Shown in pieces: positions 60,110 through 64,000 of a stretch of 64,000 nt of DNA. Numbering within the stretch: the first letter of the stretch is position 1; each line of letters starts with the position of its first letter. Made by a program: the position numbers and the translations under genes. Source of the DNA: the human T2T-CHM13v2.0 reference genome, Homo sapiens; the NCBI RefSeq assembly GCF_009914755.1, contig NC_060928.1; one strand, given 5' to 3'. The notes under the pieces were generated by a model. The model was not told the DNA's origin. It worked only from the letters and a program-made list of their open reading frames with translations, and searched no databases.

Positions 60110-60232
60110 CTTGCTAAACTCGTTATAGTTCTAGTCGCTTTTTCTTGTATACTTTTAGTATTTTCTATGTAGATAATCATATCATCTGTGAATTAAAGCA
60201 GTTTTATTTTTTCCTTTCTGATCTATATGACT

Positions 60233-60412
60233 TTTTTAAAAAAAATTTACTTCAAGTTCTAGGATACATGTGCAGAACATGCAGGTTTGTTACATAGGTA
60301 TACATGTGCCATGGTGGTTTGCTGCACCTATCAACCTGTCATCTAGGTTTTAAGCCTCGCATGCATTAAGTGTTTGTCCTAATGCTCTCCCTCTCCTTGT
60401 CCCCCACACCCT
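60233..60412 (-). mobile_element. L1PA 3' end fragment
   Basis: GATACATGTGCAGAACATGCAGGTTTGTTACATAGGTATACATGTGCCATGG. Confidence 0.9.
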
Positions 60413-62699
60413 ATATGCCTTTTATTTCTTTTTCTTGTTTTATTGCACTGGCCAGGACCCCCAGCATGATGTTGAGTAGTAGTGGTGAGAGCAAATAAGT
60501 TTGCCTTGTTGTCTGTGATATTAGCTTTATTTTCTTTTATTAAATCAAAAAATTTCCCTTTTATTTCTAATTTGTTGAATTTTTCAAGTATTTTTTCTGC
60601 ATCTATTGAGATCATCATATTGCCTTTCTTACTTCATTTGTTTATGTGTGGAATTCTATATTGATTGATTTTTAAATTTTGAATGAGCCTTGCATTCCTG
60701 GAATATACTCCACTTTGTCATGATGGATTGTCCTTTCTATATGTTTCTGGATTCGATTAGTTAATATTTTATTGAGGACTTTTGCTTGTGTCTTCATAAG
60801 AGATATTGCACTATGGTGTTATTTTTCTGTTACTGCCTTTGTCTAATTTTGGTATTAGGGTAATGATGGCCTCCAACTGAGTTTCATCTGATATTCCAGA
60901 AACATTTGTGTAGATTTGTTATTGGTATAACATCAACTGGTCTGATGTATTTGGAGTTCCAGAAAGGAAAGAGAAAAAAACAAAACAGAAGACATTTTTA
61001 AAAGAAGTAATGGCCAAGAATTGTGCAGGATTAACAAAGCTATGGAACAAGGTGACATAATCTAACATTCTTGTAACTGTCATCCTAGAAGAAAGAAAGA
61101 ACAGAACAGAAGACATCTTTGGATTTAAATGGCCAAGAATTTTCTTAACAAACCACAGATCCAAGAAGCTAAAAGAGCCTCAAACCAAACCAAATGTCCC
61201 TCACACGTACCTAGCCAATGTGCTAAAAACCAAAGATGAAGAGAAAGTGCTGGAAGCAGAGAAAAAGAAACATTGCATATTAATACAAAGGAACAAAGCT
61301 AAGAAATACATTTACAGAAATTATGCAAGACAGAAGACAACAGAGCAATGTTTGCTGAAAGAAAAACCTCTCAACTCAGAATTCTAAACCCATCTAATAT
61401 ATCTATTAAAAATGAAGGTATAATAAAGACTTTTTCGAAAAAAAGAAGCTAAGAGAATGTAGTAGCAGGAGACCTGCAGTGCAAGAAAAGTTAAAGTCTG
61501 TCCAGCATAAGGGATATAATAACAGACAGAAATCTGAACTACAGAAAGAAAAAACTGGGAATGGGAAACTTGGAAGTAAATATAAAAGATGTTTTTCTGT
61601 TATGTTCTATATCTAAAGCAAGCATAATAACAATTTATTGTGGACTTTATAACATATGTCAGAGTAAAATGCATTGCAACAATAGTACAAATGAGATAGG
61701 AAAATGATGGTACACTAATGTTGTTGCAATATACGTTTTGCATATCATTTGAAGATATGCATATCATTTGAAGATATCACTGAGATAACTTGTATCTCAG
61801 TAATATACGTTTTGCATATCATTTGAAGATTTGCATATCGTTTGAATATATCACTGAGATAACTTGTATCACAGTGTAAGATGTGTATTATAAAACCTAG
61901 AGCAACTACTAAAAAAAATTCAAAAAGTGGTAAAAGTAATAAGCTGTTATGGAGATAAAATAGAAGTTTTAAAAATGCTCAATCCAAAAGAATGCATTAA
62001 AAGATGAACAAAGAACAGATGGAACAAATAGAAAACAATAGTAATACAGTATATTTAAATCAAAGCATAAAAATAATCACATTAAATATAAATAATCTAA
62101 CCATCCCAATTATTTGGCAGAAATTAATTGAATAAAAACACAAGACCCAACTATAATGTGCCTATAAGAAAACCACTTAAAATATAATGATGCAGGTTAA
62201 AATAAAAGGATGGAAACAGAAATACTATGGAAACACTTATCAAAAGAAAGCTGGAGTAGCTAGAATAAAATCAAAGTAGATTTCAGATCAAGGAATATTA
62301 CTGAGGGTAAAGAAGGACATTAAAAAAAGATTAAGGGGTTAATTCATCAAGAAAATGTAGTAATCCTAATAGAAATTCAAAAGATGTAAAGCAAGAACTG
62401 CTAGAATGGAAAGGGCAAAGAGAAACTAATATTGTTGAATAATTCAACACTCTCTTGTCAGTAACTGATAGAACAAGTGGGCAAAAATCAGCAAGGATAA
62501 AAGACCTGAGCAACACTATCAACCACCTTGACCTAATTGACAAGTAGAGAACATTCCACCCAACAACACATGCTTTTCAAGTGCATGTGGAACACTTAGC
62601 AAGATTGACCAGATTATGGACAGCAAAATGAGTCTTAACAAATTTAAAAGTATTGATATCATGGAAGAATCCTCTCTGACTACAACAGAATTAAACTAG

Positions 62700-63025
<326 letters not shown>

Positions 63026-63454
63026 GAAAAATTTAAAGTATTTGGAAATCAATGTGCTTCTAAACTCACCTGTCAAATAAATCACAAAGGAACTTAGAAC
63101 ATATTTTGAACTGAATGAAAATGAAAACGCCAGATCAAAATTTGTAGGAGACAGCTAAAGCAATGCTTGAGGAAATGTTCTGGCATTAAATGTTTTTTAT
63201 AAATGAATAAAATTCTCTAAGATTTAAGCTTCCATATAAAAAACTAGAAGAATAAGAGCTAATTAAACCCAAAACAGACAGAAGGACGGAAATAATGAAG
63301 ATAAGAACAGAAATCAATGGAATTTAAAAATGAAAGCAATAGAGAAAAAAAATCAATGAAGCAAATAATTGGTCCTTTGAAAAGCATAATAAAAATGAAT
63401 GACACCAAAAATTGGTTCTTTGAAAAATGTAATAAAAATGATAAACTTTTAGCT

Positions 63455-63750
63455 CAATGCAGTCCAATATAAACATGGGAGACATATATATAATTTAAAA
63501 TCTTCCAATAGCTGCATTAACCAAAGCAAAAAGAAATCAATTTTAATAATGTATTTTATTAACCTATACAAAATATTTCAACATATAAACAATATAAACA
63601 ATTATTGATAAGCTATGTAACTTTTTTTATACTAAGTCTTCAAAATCTACTGTGTATTTTATAATTAGAGTACACATTAATTTGAACTAATAACATTTCC
63701 AGTGCTCACTTGCCACATGTGGGTAGTGGCTGCCATATTGGACAATACAG
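63455..63750. mobile_element. MER33/MER3-type hAT element nested in L1
   Basis: GTCCAATA...GCCACATGTGGGTAGTGGCTGCCATATTGGACAATACAG. Confidence 0.75.
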
Positions 63751-64000
63751 CTCACATATAAACACTATGAGGAATGACAAAGGGAACATTACTGCAGATC
63801 CTCAAGTTGTTATTTGAATAGAAATAGGACACTATATATTACCTAACAAATTTATGTCGATGAATTCAACAACTAAAATAAATGGACAGATTCCTTGAAA
63901 GACACAAATTATCAAAACATACTCTAGAACTAAAGTAAAAATATGAGTTATTTTCTATGTTTTAAATAAGTTGAGTTGATAGTTTAAAACTTCTCAAGAA

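Larger units (their letters stand above)
58150..60930 (-). mobile_element. L1M (L1MB-like) 3' portion, antisense to NEIL3, with nested insertions
   Basis: Antisense L1 3'UTR/ORF2 text. ORF 59010-59192 (SEIDPYIYGQLIFNK) and ORF 60379-60618 (MISIDAEK) resemble L1 ORF2. Confidence 0.85.

Noticed and set aside
61728-61875. CRISPR-like repeat array
   Set aside because: The units are adjacent duplications without unique spacers, in primate L1 sequence with no cas genes.

Overview
Primate (very probably human) genomic DNA, AT-rich and roughly half interspersed repeat. The only protein-coding gene I can support is the 5' part of NEIL3 (Fpg/Nei-family DNA glycosylase) on the + strand. It has a CpG-rich promoter at about 42480-43130 (GC boxes, NRF1 palindrome, five-tract G-quadruplex motif, CDE/CHR), coding exon 1 at 42745-42900 and exon 2 at 55265-55386. 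Intron 2 runs off the window end. The 42 kb upstream and both introns hold about 28 Alus, many solo ERV1/MaLR LTRs, a near full-length Tigger1, a hAT (Cheshire/MER58-type) transposon with a transposase remnant, Tigger3/MER47/MER44 elements and L1/L2/MIR fragments. There is also a poly(A)-tailed HERV-W LTR17 retrocopy. The other ORF-track entries appear to be repeat-derived or chance ORFs. I find no support for a new biological system; the most interesting items are local structural oddities and regulatory motifs. Repeat family names come from remembered consensus sequences and should be confirmed with RepeatMasker/Dfam.
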